A stretch of DNA of 53,759 bases, filler included, from Squatina squatina (lineage: Eukaryota), in the NCBI GenBank assembly GCA_031763465.1. It is 3 parts of 3 records of this genome, joined end to end, with 100 filler letters (N's around TTAATTAATTAA, not from the genome) between each part and the next. Parts side by side here need not be neighbours in the genome. Positions count along the whole stretch, not along the records: positions 1 to 13,372 come from JARFOE010000189.1; 2 more parts are not named here. One strand, written 5' to 3'. Positions 1 through 9,985 of this stretch are shown here, one piece after another (position 1 is the stretch's first letter; each line of letters begins with the position of its first letter). Below the pieces are notes generated by a model. It was not told the DNA's origin. It searched no databases and saw nothing but the letters and a program-made list of their open reading frames with translations. A program made the translations under genes and the position numbers.

Positions 1-103
1 CTAACCTAGTGACAACTGTGTTCTGCAATTTTGTTCATTTTTCCCTATAAAAACCATAAAAGTCAGTGACCGTACACATTTGAAAAGCTAAGCAGAAACT
101 CAC

Positions 104-244
104 CAATCTTCAGCACCTCTAGCCACTTCACACCATGAGCACCTGTAGCCACCAAACAGAATCCAATGGTAGCACCCACAATGCAGTGAGTACCAGATAT
201 AGGGAGCTTCAAAAATGAAGCCAGTAACTGCCAGACAGCAGAAC
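104..244 (-). CDS. SLC20A1: Internal exon of sodium-dependent phosphate transporter PiT-1
   Basis: 141-bp exon bounded by ctacAG (246-245) and GTGAGT (103-98). Reads (G)[46 protein letters not shown], a PiT-family signature. Splice phase matches the upstream exon. Confidence 0.93.
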
Positions 245-516
245 CTGTAGAGGACAGTCAATATTATCCCACAAATATAGCTCATCAATTACTTCATTTC
301 TAAAATATTGACCAACTGTAACACTAATCATCCAGTATACTTCTGGTGTAATTTAACAGTACTATGTTTCAACAATCAAGGTGGGTTTTTAAGAAAAAAA
401 AACTACGATCCTGTTCAAGGCTCTTTGGTTCAATCACCACCTATTGGTTTTTTAAAAAAAATATAAATACAAAATTACAGTGCTAGATAAATTCAAGTCC
501 ACCATTCGTTACTTAC

Positions 517-752
517 CAAACATGGCACTGACCGACCCAGCCATCAGCACTTGTTGACTCGTGTTGAACATCTCCACATCAACTATTCCTTTACGGATGG
601 TCTCACTGACCTTGGCACCCAGCAGCACAGAGCCCACCGTCTCAAAGATTGTTGCTAAGATGCAGGCTTTCCTGAGTGTCAGTACACCTGAACCAACCGC
701 CGTCCCAAATGAATTGGCCACATCATTGGCTCCCACCGAGAACGCCAGAATA
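517..752 (-). CDS. SLC20A1: Partial first coding exon of PiT-1 (5' end lies in a gap)
   Basis: [22 protein letters not shown]...[28 protein letters not shown]...[10 protein letters not shown], then a GTAAGT donor (516-511). The residues ETVG, KVSE, DVEM and GSVSAMFG match SLC20A1 rather than SLC20A2 as I recall them. Confidence 0.92.
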
Positions 753-1294
753 NNNNNNNNNNNNNNNNNNNNNNNNNNNNNNNNNNNNNNNNNNNNNNNN
801 NNNNNNNNNNNNNNNNNNNNTGTAATGCTTTAGAGGTACGAAGTTTTAAAAAAATACTATTGACTTAAATATACAAAATGAGGTAACAAAATATCTTGAT
901 ATGTAATAAATAACTGGATTAAATAGAATATGAAGATTAATGTGCACTACACTCAAGTATTGTGCAGCAGTAATTGCTATCCACTGTGTTTAATAGTCTG
1001 TCTTGCACAGTTTTTACAACAGTCAGCAATTAGAAGGATTGAAGCGAAATCCATTGTGGACACAGCAACAGATTTGGGCTGTTCTTCATCCTGTGGAAAA
1101 GCAAAGGGCACATATTATAAGCATGCAAAAATAATTTCATCATCACTCAACTTTTGCCAGAGTTCCATAGCCACTAGCTCAATAATGTGTCAATAAATCT
1201 CTTCAATCACATCATTTTCTTCCTATGCCCAAAATCACCATTTCAGATTCTGCACTATTAAGCAGAAGTGAAAGACTACTAGTGAAAGTGTAGT

Positions 1295-1342
1295 ACATAG
1301 AAACATAGAAAATAGGTGCAGGAGTAGGCCATTCGGCCCTTC
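1295..1342 (-). mobile_element. CR1-clade LINE (or partner SINE) 3' tail fragment
   Basis: acatagaaacatagaaaataggtgcaggagtaggccattcggccc, the same tail as the CR1 3' end at 4773-4820. Confidence 0.7.
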
Positions 1343-1559
1343 ATTTCAGTAGAAGATGATACAGCAAACATCCCATTAATATTAAATAATGCTGGGGAGG
1401 ACATAAATACCATCATCACTAGAGAAATAGTATTGGGCAAACTAATGGAGCTGATAAGTCCCTGGCCCAGATGGCTTGCATCCTAGGATCCTAAAAGAAG
1501 TGGCTACCGAGATCGTGGATGCATTGGTTGTAATCTTCCAAAAATCCTTAGATTCGAGA
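1343..1559 (+). mobile_element. CR1 LINE ORF2 fragment
   Basis: (DKSPGPDG)LHPRILKEVATEIVDALVVIFQKSLDS is typical CR1 ORF2 sequence preceding the RT domain. Confidence 0.85.
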
Positions 1560-1780
1560 NNNNNNNNNNNNNNNNNNNNNNNNNNNNNNNNNNNNNNNNN
1601 NNNNNNNNNNNNNNNNNNNNNNNNNNNNNNNNNNNNNNNNNNNNNNNNNNNNNNNNNNNTCTGTTTTTCTATTCTTCCTACTAAAGTGAATAATCTCCCA
1701 TTTCCTCACATTATACTCCATCTGCCACCTTCTTGCCCACTCACTGAACTGTGACGTGACTGACTGTTGTTTCTCTCTAG

Positions 1781-1864
1781 CCTCGATTGCCTGTACTCCT
1801 CAGTCGAATGAAAGAAGTGGGAAAGGTTTTCCTTGCTACCAACAGCGATTACTCCTACACAGAT
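1781..1864 (+). CDS. Exon of cytosolic purine 5'-nucleotidase family gene (NT5C2-like, probably NT5DC4)
   Basis: 84-bp phase-0 exon, ttctctctAG...GTAAGT. Reads [28 protein letters not shown], matching NT5C2 [30 protein letters not shown]5DC4 is favoured only because it neighbours SLC20A1 in human. Confidence 0.85.
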
Positions 1865-1885
1865 GTAAGTGTGCAATTTCATTTC

Positions 1886-1955
1886 ATTCTGTGCTTAATT
1901 CAACTACCTGGTGTGTTAAAGCAGGGAAATTCTGTGCTTAATTCAACTACCTGGT
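1886..1955 (+). repeat. Exact 27-bp direct repeat with 16-bp spacer
   Basis: attctgtgcttaattcaactacctggt at 1886-1912 and 1929-1955. Confidence 0.95.
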
Positions 1956-1967
1956 CACATTCAAGGA

Positions 1968-2128
1968 AATCGGAAATAAACAGGAAATGCTGGCTTACAG
2001 GGCAGGTCGAACAGCATCTGTAATGAGAAAAGACCGCTTAATGCTTTGGAGGTTACACCCAAAACACAATCATTTCTCGTTACAGACGCTGACCGACCCA
2101 CTGTGTATTCTCAGTTTTTATTTCAGAC
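1968..2128. mobile_element. Palindromic short repeat, probably derived from a Penelope-like element
   Basis: ggtcgaacagcatctgtaatgagaaa (2005-2030) is the inverse of tttctcgttacagacgctgaccgacc (2073-2098), with outer arms gaaataaa and tttatttc. The same family appears at 10161-10211 and 28554-28642. Confidence 0.6.
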
Positions 2129-2273
2129 ACAACGAGTTGTTGTGATCTGGAATACACTGCCTGAACAGTGTAGNNNNNNNNNNNNNNNNNNNNNNNNNNN
2201 NNNNNNNNNNNNNNNNNNNNNNNNNNNNNNNNNNNNNNNNNNNNNNNNNNNNNNNNNNNNNNNNNNNNNNNNN

Positions 2274-2400
2274 GACTTCAGTTTAACCTCTTATCTGAGA
2301 GACAGTACAGCACGCAGCCTAGATTTTTGGGCTCAAGTCTCTGGATTGGGTCTTGAACCCACAACCTTCTGATGCAGAGGCACAACTGGTATCCACTGCA
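2274..2400 (-). mobile_element. tRNA-derived SINE 5' part (DeuSINE/SacSINE1-like)
   Basis: Minus strand reads ...gaaggttgtgggttcaagacccaatccagagacttgagccca..., a B-box-like GGTTCAAGACCC followed by a Deu-like segment. A similar piece lies at 7929-7978. Confidence 0.7.
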
Positions 2401-2417
2401 ATGTATTACAGTCTTAA

Positions 2418-2615
2418 TTAATGGGTCGTGGCAAACAAGCACCTTCTAAACAATGGTGCACATTCTTCAATGCAGATGGGAATAAGAAAGACATGGAATT
2501 TAGGACATGTGACTTTGTCCCCTCCAACCTCCTTCACAGGAAGGTTAGTGTCACTCATGGCCTCCATCCATCTGCAGGCGGGCAATATGGCCATAATAAT
2601 AACGACAATACGCAT
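2418..2615 (-). other. Small ORF with signal-peptide-like N-terminus and partial WAP-like Cys spacing (unit B, possibly a pseudogene)
   Basis: MRIVVIIMAILPAC...DKVTCPKFHVFLIPICIEECAPLFRRC. The 5' end is homologous to unit A at 3048-3120. Confidence 0.35.
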
Positions 2616-2957
2616 TTCAAGAAAATATATACCGGAAAATTAGGTTAGTGTTTGTTACATTTATATTTGTCACTGTTTCCTTTATGTCAAATTAAAGGGT
2701 GTTAAGACTAAAATATCTCTTTACCTAATAATTAGGGTTCTTGCCACAGTTATGAAAGCGATACAAGCCTGGAGGAGGAAGAGAAATGAACAGATTTCAA
2801 TTTCTTGACTGTGCTGATTAATCAGTCCATTCGATTTTGGGAAACATTCCCTGATTCTCAGCAGTCTCTCCAACAACAGCAAATATACAGTGAGTTGGGA
2901 GGATGTTCCTGACCCGGTGGGAGCATTGATCCTCAACTTTGTTTACAGCCGATAAGC

Positions 2958-3089
2958 TCACTCTCTGTGACTCGGTGATCTTCTGAGAGTGTTCACATTA
3001 CAACCAGCCACTCGGGCTGACCAAGGTGGTGTTCCAGAAGCCCGCACACAGGCAATAATGGCCATAATAATAATAATGGCAATAAGCAT
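2958..3089 (-). other. Small ORF with signal-peptide-like N-terminus (unit A, possibly a frameshifted pseudogene)
   Basis: MLIAIIIIMAIIACVRASG..., with an acceptor-like tttttcAG 16 nt upstream of the ATG. A shifted frame downstream reads IGCKQS*...YICCCWRDC*. Confidence 0.3.
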
Positions 3090-4772
3090 TTCACAAAAAT
3101 GTTTACTGAAAAATTACAATCAGGATAGGGTTCTAATAATTGAGCAATTCTGCTGTATTCACAAACAGGCTTCACAACGTTCGNNNNNNNNNNNNNNNNN
3201 NNNNNNNNNNNNNNNNNNNNNNNNNNNNNNNNNNNNNNNNNNNNNNNNNNNNNNNNNNNNNNNNNNNNNNNNNNNNNNNNNNNCTTTAATTGACACCCCT
3301 CATTTCATTTGGAAGTTTCCCTCAGGGCTGTTTCATGTTTCAGTAATTTTCCTATAATAAAGGGGAAGGCTGCAAGAAGTTTTTCCCATTGAAATTTCCC
3401 TCTTTTTAAGATTTATTTGCTCAAGGAGGAAGAGGAGGAGGACTGCCAGGCAAACTCGGAAGCTAGACTCATAAGGTTACACCGCAGGAAATCTAGACTT
3501 CCAACAGATACCCAACCCCAAGGTGCATAGCACTGGAAGTTCATTCCTCAGTATGTCGATGGAGTTATACATCAGACAGCCTCTGTTCTGTGTGACATGT
3601 GCAGAAGTCTCTGCAGCTGTCCTCACTCCAGGATTCTTTGCATTGTAGAAACATCTTCTTTGATTGTGCCATACCGCCATACCTGCCATCGACTGTCCAC
3701 CTTTGCGAATCTTAAAGGTACATCATGCTCCACCTCCAACACCTCATCCTCTGACTTATGAATTGTGATTGACCCACGTCAATTCCTCATCTAGATTATC
3801 TGTATCACCTAACCTATCTAGGCTGGTGAGTACAAGTGACAGGCTTCATGACAGGATGGGTCAATTTCTGTAGGCAGTGCTAGATATTGAAGGTTCTGGT
3901 ATTGGTTTGTTCTCCCTCCGCAGCATTTGTCTTCTTTTCAGCAGCTGTAGATGCAAAAAGAAATATTATTTTCCTGCTGTCCATTTTGTTCTTTTGTTTT
4001 AGGCTAACAGAAGGATATCCTCAGGGTATGAGCCTAAAAAAAGAGAAACCATTTCTGATCTTTGACTATTAGCAGAGTCATTTGTGGGTGCAAGCTCTCC
4101 CATGTCTCCATCCCTTATAGCATTACTGAGTGAGTTCCTAAGATTTGCTTTGCCTTCTTCTGCTGCTGTACCTTATCCTGTGTCCTGTCCTTCACAAGAA
4201 TGTGCAATCTGTTTCTGTATGTCAAAAGAATGCTTGTTCTTGTCAGTCGCAGATTTTTGTATTTCCAGTGCCTAATTTCAGCTTGAATAATACATGACTG
4301 AAAAGTTCCAGGTTCTCTTCTCCCTGGTTCCTTTATAATCCCTGCTTTCAAACAGTAGGGGGTGGGTTATGACCCCTTGCCAATCACTGAGAGGTTGGCC
4401 AAATTTGTGTGCAGCTAAGAAGAATTGGGGGATATTTTGGATTGTGTGTAATATCAGCAGTGTGTCCACAGCACCTGCCCAATGCAGCAGTAGGGAGGCC
4501 AAACTACTTTCAGGTTGGGGCCACATTAACATTTTTTACTGAGCTGCTATCGCCAAACGGACACTCCATCTCTGTTCGTCGTTCTGTTCAGGCTGCTGCA
4601 CTCATTTGAGAGACACAAGAACAGACCAGTAGTGAGACAGAGGATTTTTGTGGTGCCTGGAGGAGCACTCCTGCCCCTGGACCCCACTGGGGGCCTCTGG
4701 TGGCCCCAAGATCCCTCACCTAAATTTTGCCTCTGGAGCCAAGTCAGCCAAATTTGGAGTTTGCGTTCACCC

Positions 4773-5207
4773 CATAGAAACATGGAAAATAGGAGCAGGA
4801 GTAGGCCGTTTGGCCCCTCGAGCCTGCTCCACCATTCAACAAGATCATGGCTGATCCTCTATCTCAACGCCATTTTCTTGCCCTATCCCCATATCCCTTG
4901 ATACCTTTAATAGCTAGAAATCTATCGATCTCTGTCTCGAATATACTCAACGACTGAGCCTCCACAGCCCTCTGGGGTAGAGAATTCCAACGATTCACAA
5001 CCCGCTGAGTGAAGAAATTTCTCCTCATCTCATTCCTAAATGGCCGACCCTTATCTTGAGACTGTGACACCTAGTTTTGGACTCTCTAGCCAAGGGAAAC
5101 AGCCTCTCAGCATCTACTTTGTCAACCCTCTTCAGAATCTCCTATGTTTCAAAGAGATCACCTCTCATTCTTCTAAACAAAGAGAGTATAGGCCCAGTCT
5201 ACTCAGT
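4773..5207 (-). mobile_element. CR1 LINE 3' end (ORF2 C-terminus, 3' UTR and tail)
   Basis: GRPFRNEMRRNFFTQRVVNRWNSLPQRAVEAQSLSIFETEIDRFLAIKGIKGYG, then the UTR ending in tttctatg. Confidence 0.93.
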
Positions 5208-5301
5208 GCTTGTTCTTGTCTAAAAGGATTGTTTCTATGCTTGTGCAATAAATGCTTATGGCTGATTTTCATTTTTTCCTGTCTTGTTTATCTTCGTACA
5301 G

Positions 5302-5432
5302 TACAGGGAGGAGCGATTCCGGCTGACGAGCGAAAGTACGAACCAACGCGTTCTGTGGTGGTCGATCGCGCAGACGATTATCCTGATCCTAACTGGAATC
5401 TGGCAAATGAAGCATCTGAAGAGCTTCTTTGA
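5302..5432 (+). CDS. Probable terminal coding exon of an unidentified gene
   Basis: Long pyrimidine tract and tandem acceptors (AG at 5300-5301 and 5305-5306). CpG-rich coding-like segment reading [43 protein letters not shown], followed by UTR-like sequence. Confidence 0.5.
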
Positions 5433-6358
5433 GGCTAAGAAACTGGTGTAGACGTCATCATTGCAAGAACACGACAAAACTCAAACCTCCCGTCCTCACT
5501 GACTCGCAATGTAATGTGACTTTGTACACGTGGTACTTGAAGCTCTTCTATAAATTAAAGGAAGCGACGGTGTGGTTACATATCTTATAATAACGGTAAC
5601 GTGAGTGGGAATGTGTGGAACAGTTAGTGCAGGGGTCTCTGGTATGTCTGCGAAAAAATGTTAGTTCATAGTTAACATGTGGTTGTTGATTGGCGGTGGG
5701 AACTTCCTTCTAAAGAGATTGTGTTCCTGTTTATCATGCATTTTGGATCTGTGAAAAGTCACAACAAATCTTTCTGTGGAACTTGACTATCTCAAATGGC
5801 ACTTTGCCTTTTACTTGCCAAATTTTCATAAAACGCAGTCTGTTAGGGTTCTGAAATGTGCAGGCTTATCCCAGGGTTCTGCGTAATTCGGATTGAGAGA
5901 TCAGACCATCCTGCCTCCTGCAGTTGGCCATTAGTGAGAACCCAGGTAGTTTTTCCCCCTTATTTCTCAGTGATTCCGGCTGAATTCTCATTGTTACTTG
6001 AAAACCAACAAAACTGCAGGAACAAAGATGACAGTTCCGACTGGTTTTAAAGAAACTGATGAAAAACTATTGAAGGGAGGAATTTTTCGGTCACTTCCTG
6101 TATTTGTTTACTCAGTAGGGGGACTCTAACCCTCCTCTATTGAGGATTCCTTGTCTCTAAGAAGGATTGCATGGTGAAGGCTTGGAATTGGTGATTAGCT
6201 CAGCTTATTTTGGGAACTGTGTGTGTATACGGAGTGATGAAGGAAATGGCAGAGAATGCAAATCTCAGTGTGTCTTCTCCCTCTTTAAGTGACCTTCCTT
6301 GTGTTGTCCAAGGGGCCTGTTTAATTTCTCTTCTGAGGATTGGAGAACAAAAATTAAA

Positions 6359-7006
6359 GGGCCCGATTTTAATTTCCGTGGGGACGGGGGCGGAGATGAA
6401 TGGCAAACCACCCGGGCCTCTGTAGCGGGGAGTCCCAGGAGATTTTAATACCCGGGCCTCAGCTGCACAGACCCTGTCAATCTCACGCCTGAGCCAGCCG
6501 GGAGCGCTAACTGACTGACTAGCAGGAGGCCGTCGCTGAGGACCCGAAGGAACAGTCCCCAACAATCGGGCTCGGGGGACGGGACGGGGTATCACGGTCA
6601 GGGGAGGGAGGGAACGCTGGGTGCAGGGGAGGCCCGTGGTTTACTGGTAGGGCTCAGAGGCCCACAAGGAAACAGCAAGGGCCTCTTCTAGTCCCGGCTC
6701 CTCTTCCCACCAGCTTGGCCTGTGCGGGAGCCTTGCCGTTGGTCTTGCCACAACAGGTTCCCCTGCCCGAGTCTAGGGTTAAAATAACAATCGGGCCCCA
6801 ATTACATCATCGGAGCCCGATCTGCATCTGTAAAGAAGGTCCTTGCTGCCTTCCCACGGTTGTCCCGCTCGCCTGCTTAAAAGAGCAGGTTAATATAGCA
6901 ACCTGTGGTGAAGGCAACGGGGTCGGTGTGGGTAAGACGCTGCGGCCAATTTTAACTGCCCGCTGGCTCGGTTTCCGCTGGGCGGGCAGGGGTTAAAATT
7001 GGCCCT
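6359..7006. mobile_element. GC-rich MITE-like element, probably PIF/Harbinger-derived
   Basis: Imperfect terminal inverted repeats gggcccgattttaa and ttaaaattggccct, with a sharp GC/CpG contrast against the flanks and no credible ORF. Confidence 0.7.
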
Positions 7007-8141
7007 TAGCAACCTTCTTAATTGCCATCTATCATATTTAAATAAGATCTACCCTGTGAATAATGTTGAGCAGTGATTGCTGTAAATTCTGCAGATTGCC
7101 AACAACCCCTCTCCAGCACTCGTCATGAGCTGTCTCCTGTCTAGATGCAGGTTATGTTATACGGAGCTCTGATGTTGCTATTATGTGATGGACTGTGTTA
7201 AGAATCTGTGGTATTAAATGTAACAGTTCCTGCATGGATGGAGGAAGCTGCTACACTGGAAATGTATTTCAGGCGTCATGTATCCTGAGAACTCGCTGCT
7301 GGTTTTAGTCGGTCCTGATTTGTCCCACCCCAACTGTTCCCCACACTGTGGCCGTTTGGGCACAGCTTATTGTATCATTGGAATAGGGGAAAGTTACCAA
7401 AATTTTAAATAAATTTCTTAAACAATATTGTTTTAAAACATGCCTGTGTGACGTTGCTTGACTAAGAAATACTTTTAGCTATGATTATTCATACCAAGAA
7501 CGTAGCCTCAAAATGACTGTTCGATATCAACAAATTTAACACACATGCATTTTTCAATCTATTTTAATGGTGGCGTGTATCTGTTTATTTTAAATGACAC
7601 ATGTCTCTGTTAATATAACAGACACATAACGTAGTCATCCGCTGATATCATCAATGACAGTTTCTAGGTTCATAAGAAAAGTCAAGAATGAGAAAAATCC
7701 ATTTGATTTTTTTTTCAAGTAAGATTGAGGAATTATTTTAAAATTGTGGTTTGATTTAGCAGACACTCCAGAAAAAGAGCAGAGCTGTTTCACTATACTG
7801 CATTCAGTGCATCCTCTAAAAATCAAAANNNNNNNNNNNNNNNNNNNNNNNNNNNNNNNNNNNNNNNNNNNNNNNNNNNNNNNNNNNNNNNNNNNNNNNN
7901 NNNNNNNNNNNNNNNNNNNNNNNNNNNNGTGCTCAAGTTGCTGGAGTGGGACTTGAACTCACAACCTACTGACTCCGCTGACCCCTTCTGTGTGGTGTTT
8001 ACCTTCAGTGAGGATATCTGAGTATCTGTTCCGCATGGTTTCCAGTTTTTATTTGCTTATGCTGCGTTGCCACTGCCTTTCAGTTTCTTCCTGAATATTG
8101 TCGTGTTTCAATCGTGTGTATTGAGTTTAATGGCCCTTTGT

Positions 8142-8165
8142 TCTCTCTCTCTCTCTCTCTCTCTC
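8142..8165 (+). repeat. (CT)n microsatellite forming the polypyrimidine tract of the astacin exon
   Basis: tctctctc... runs directly into the AG acceptor at 8166-8167. Confidence 0.9.
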
Positions 8166-8167
8166 AG

Positions 8168-8349
8168 GTGTTATTCCTCCGTGGGACGTGTTGGTGGGAT
8201 GCAGCTCATCTCGCTGAATCAGCAGTGCCTGAAGAAGGGGAAAGGAGTTGTTGAACATGAGATCATGCACTCACTGGGTTTCTGTCATGAGCATGCGAGG
8301 AGCGACCGAGACAAATACATCAAGATTGAGTGGAAGAACGTGTGGCCTG
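8168..8349 (+). CDS. ASTL: Astacin metalloprotease zinc-binding exon, ovastacin-like
   Basis: 182-bp AG/GT exon: [60 protein letters not shown]. Contains HExxHxxGxxHEH. The CLxKGxG spacing resembles human ASTL (CLQKGRGIVLHELMH). Confidence 0.8.
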
Positions 8350-8494
8350 GTAACATGTTTCCTTCCCTTTCATTTCGTGCCCCCCAAATATATCTGGATA
8401 ATCCCCCTGCCAGCAGACTGAACCTTAAGCCAGGCTAAGCGAGTCTCCGTGATGCCTTTGGGCTCTGTATAAAGTATTTACGGCACAGACTCTT

Positions 8495-8615
8495 CAATGC
8501 ATCTATGTTATTCGCCTCAACTACTCCGCAAGTCCACATTCTCCTCACTCTCTGGGCAAGAAGTTTCTCCTGAATTCCTATTGGACTTTAGTGACTATCT
8601 TCTATTTATGGCCCC
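8495..8615 (-). mobile_element. CR1 LINE 3' fragment
   Basis: ...ccacattctcctcactctctgggcaagaagtttctcctgaattcc is a decayed reverse complement of the RRNFFTQRVV coding segment seen at 4864-5070. Confidence 0.6.
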
Positions 8616-8616
8616 A

Positions 8617-8760
8617 AGAATGGTAGCATAGTGGTTATGTTGCTGGACTAATGATCTGGAGACATGAGTTCAAATCCCACTGCAGTAGCTGGGGAATTTA
8701 AATTCAGTCAATTAAATAAATCTGGAATAAAAAAGCTAGTAGCAGTAATGGTGTCCACGT
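8617..8760 (+). mobile_element. tRNA-derived SINE head
   Basis: A-box-like TGGTAGCATAGTGG and B-box GAGTTCAAATCCC followed by a non-tRNA body. Confidence 0.7.
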
Positions 8761-9666
8761 CTGTCAACCACATTTCTGTGGGTCTGGAATGACTGGGTAN
8801 NNNNNNNNNNNNNNNNNNNNNNNNNNNNNNNNNNNNNNNNNNNNNNNNNNNNNNNNNNNNNNNNNNNNNNNNNNNNNNNNNNNNNNNNNNNNNNNNNNNN
8901 NNNNNNNNNNNNNNNNNNNNNNNNNNNNNNNNNNNNNNNNNNNNNNNNNNNNNNNNNNNNNNNNNNNNNNNNNNNNNNNNNNNNNNNNNNNNNNNNNNNN
9001 NNNNNNNNNNNNNNNNNNNNNNNNNNNNNNNNNNNNNNNNNNNNNNNNNNNNNNNNNNNNNNNNNNNNNNNNNNNNNNNNNNNNNNNNNNNNNNNNNNNN
9101 NNNNNNNNNNNNNNNNNNNNNNNNNNNNNNNNNNNNNNNNNNNNNNNNNNNNNNNNNNNNNNNNNNNNNNNNNNNNNNNNNNNNNNNNNNNNNNNNNNNN
9201 NNNNNNNNNNNNNNNNNNNNNNNNNNNNNNNNNNNNNNNNNNNNNNNNNNNNNNNNNNNNNNNNNNNNNNNNNNNNNNNNNNNNNNNNNNNNNNNNNNNN
9301 NNNNNNNNNNNNNNNNNNNNNNNNNNNNNNNNNNNNNNNNNNNNNNNNNNNNNNNNNNNNNNNNNNNNNNNNNNNNNNNNNNNNNNNNNNNNNNNNNNNN
9401 NNNNNNNNNNNNNNNNNNNNNNNNNNNNNNNNNNNNNNNNNNNNNNNNNNNNNNNNNNNNNNNNNNNNNNNNNNNNNNNNNNNNNNNNNNNNNNNNNNNN
9501 NNNNNNNNNNNNNNNNNNNNNNNNNNNNNNNNNNNNNNNNNNNNNNNNNNNNNNNNNNNNNNNNNNNNNNNNNNNNNNNNNNNNNNNNNNNNNNNNNNNN
9601 NNNNNNNNNNNNNNNNNNNNNNNNNNNNNNNNNNNNNNNNNNNNNNNNNNNNNNNNNNNNNNNNNC

Positions 9667-9922
9667 CGATTTCAATCGCTCCACCACTGGTGGCTGTACC
9701 TTCTGCTGCCTGGGCCCGAAGCTCTGGAATTCCCTCCCTAAATCTCTCTACCTCTCTCTTCTTTTAAGACGCTCCTTAAAATCTACCTTTGACCAAGCTT
9801 TTGATCCTTGGTCCTAATATCTCCTTATGTGGTCGGTGTCAAATTTTCTTTGCTCCTGTGAAGTACCTTGGGGGACGTTTTACTATGTTAAAGGTGCTAT
9901 ATAAATACAAGCAGTTGTTGTC
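9667..9922 (+). mobile_element. L2-clade LINE 3' end
   Basis: STTGGCTFCCLGPKLWNSLP, then the tail ctcctgtgaagtaccttggg...aaaggtgctatataaatacaag...gttgttg. Nearly the same as 11140-11366. Confidence 0.85.
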
Positions 9923-9985
9923 GTCGAATTATTAAGGGTCATGACACCAGCCTTAATGTGCAATAAACTTCTTACCCAATTGTAG

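Noticed and set aside
1886-1955. Repeat-spacer-repeat as a mini CRISPR array
   Set aside because: Only two units with a 16-bp spacer, inside a vertebrate intron, with no cas genes.
2421-2648. Plus-strand ORFs (MGRGKQ..., ANKHLL...) and 2989-3357
   Set aside because: No recognisable motif. The acceptor-to-ATG spacing and hydrophobic leaders are better explained on the minus strand.
4730-4772. TGG-starting primer-binding site of an endogenous retrovirus
   Set aside because: No convincing tRNA 3' complement, no LTR pair and no gag/pol motifs.
8617-8690. tRNA gene
   Set aside because: A and B boxes are present but I see no cloverleaf or acceptor stem, and it continues into a SINE body.
8764-9817. 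307-aa and 342-aa ORFs in the ORF track
   Set aside because: They are almost entirely translated Ns. The same applies to the other ORFs that span gaps.
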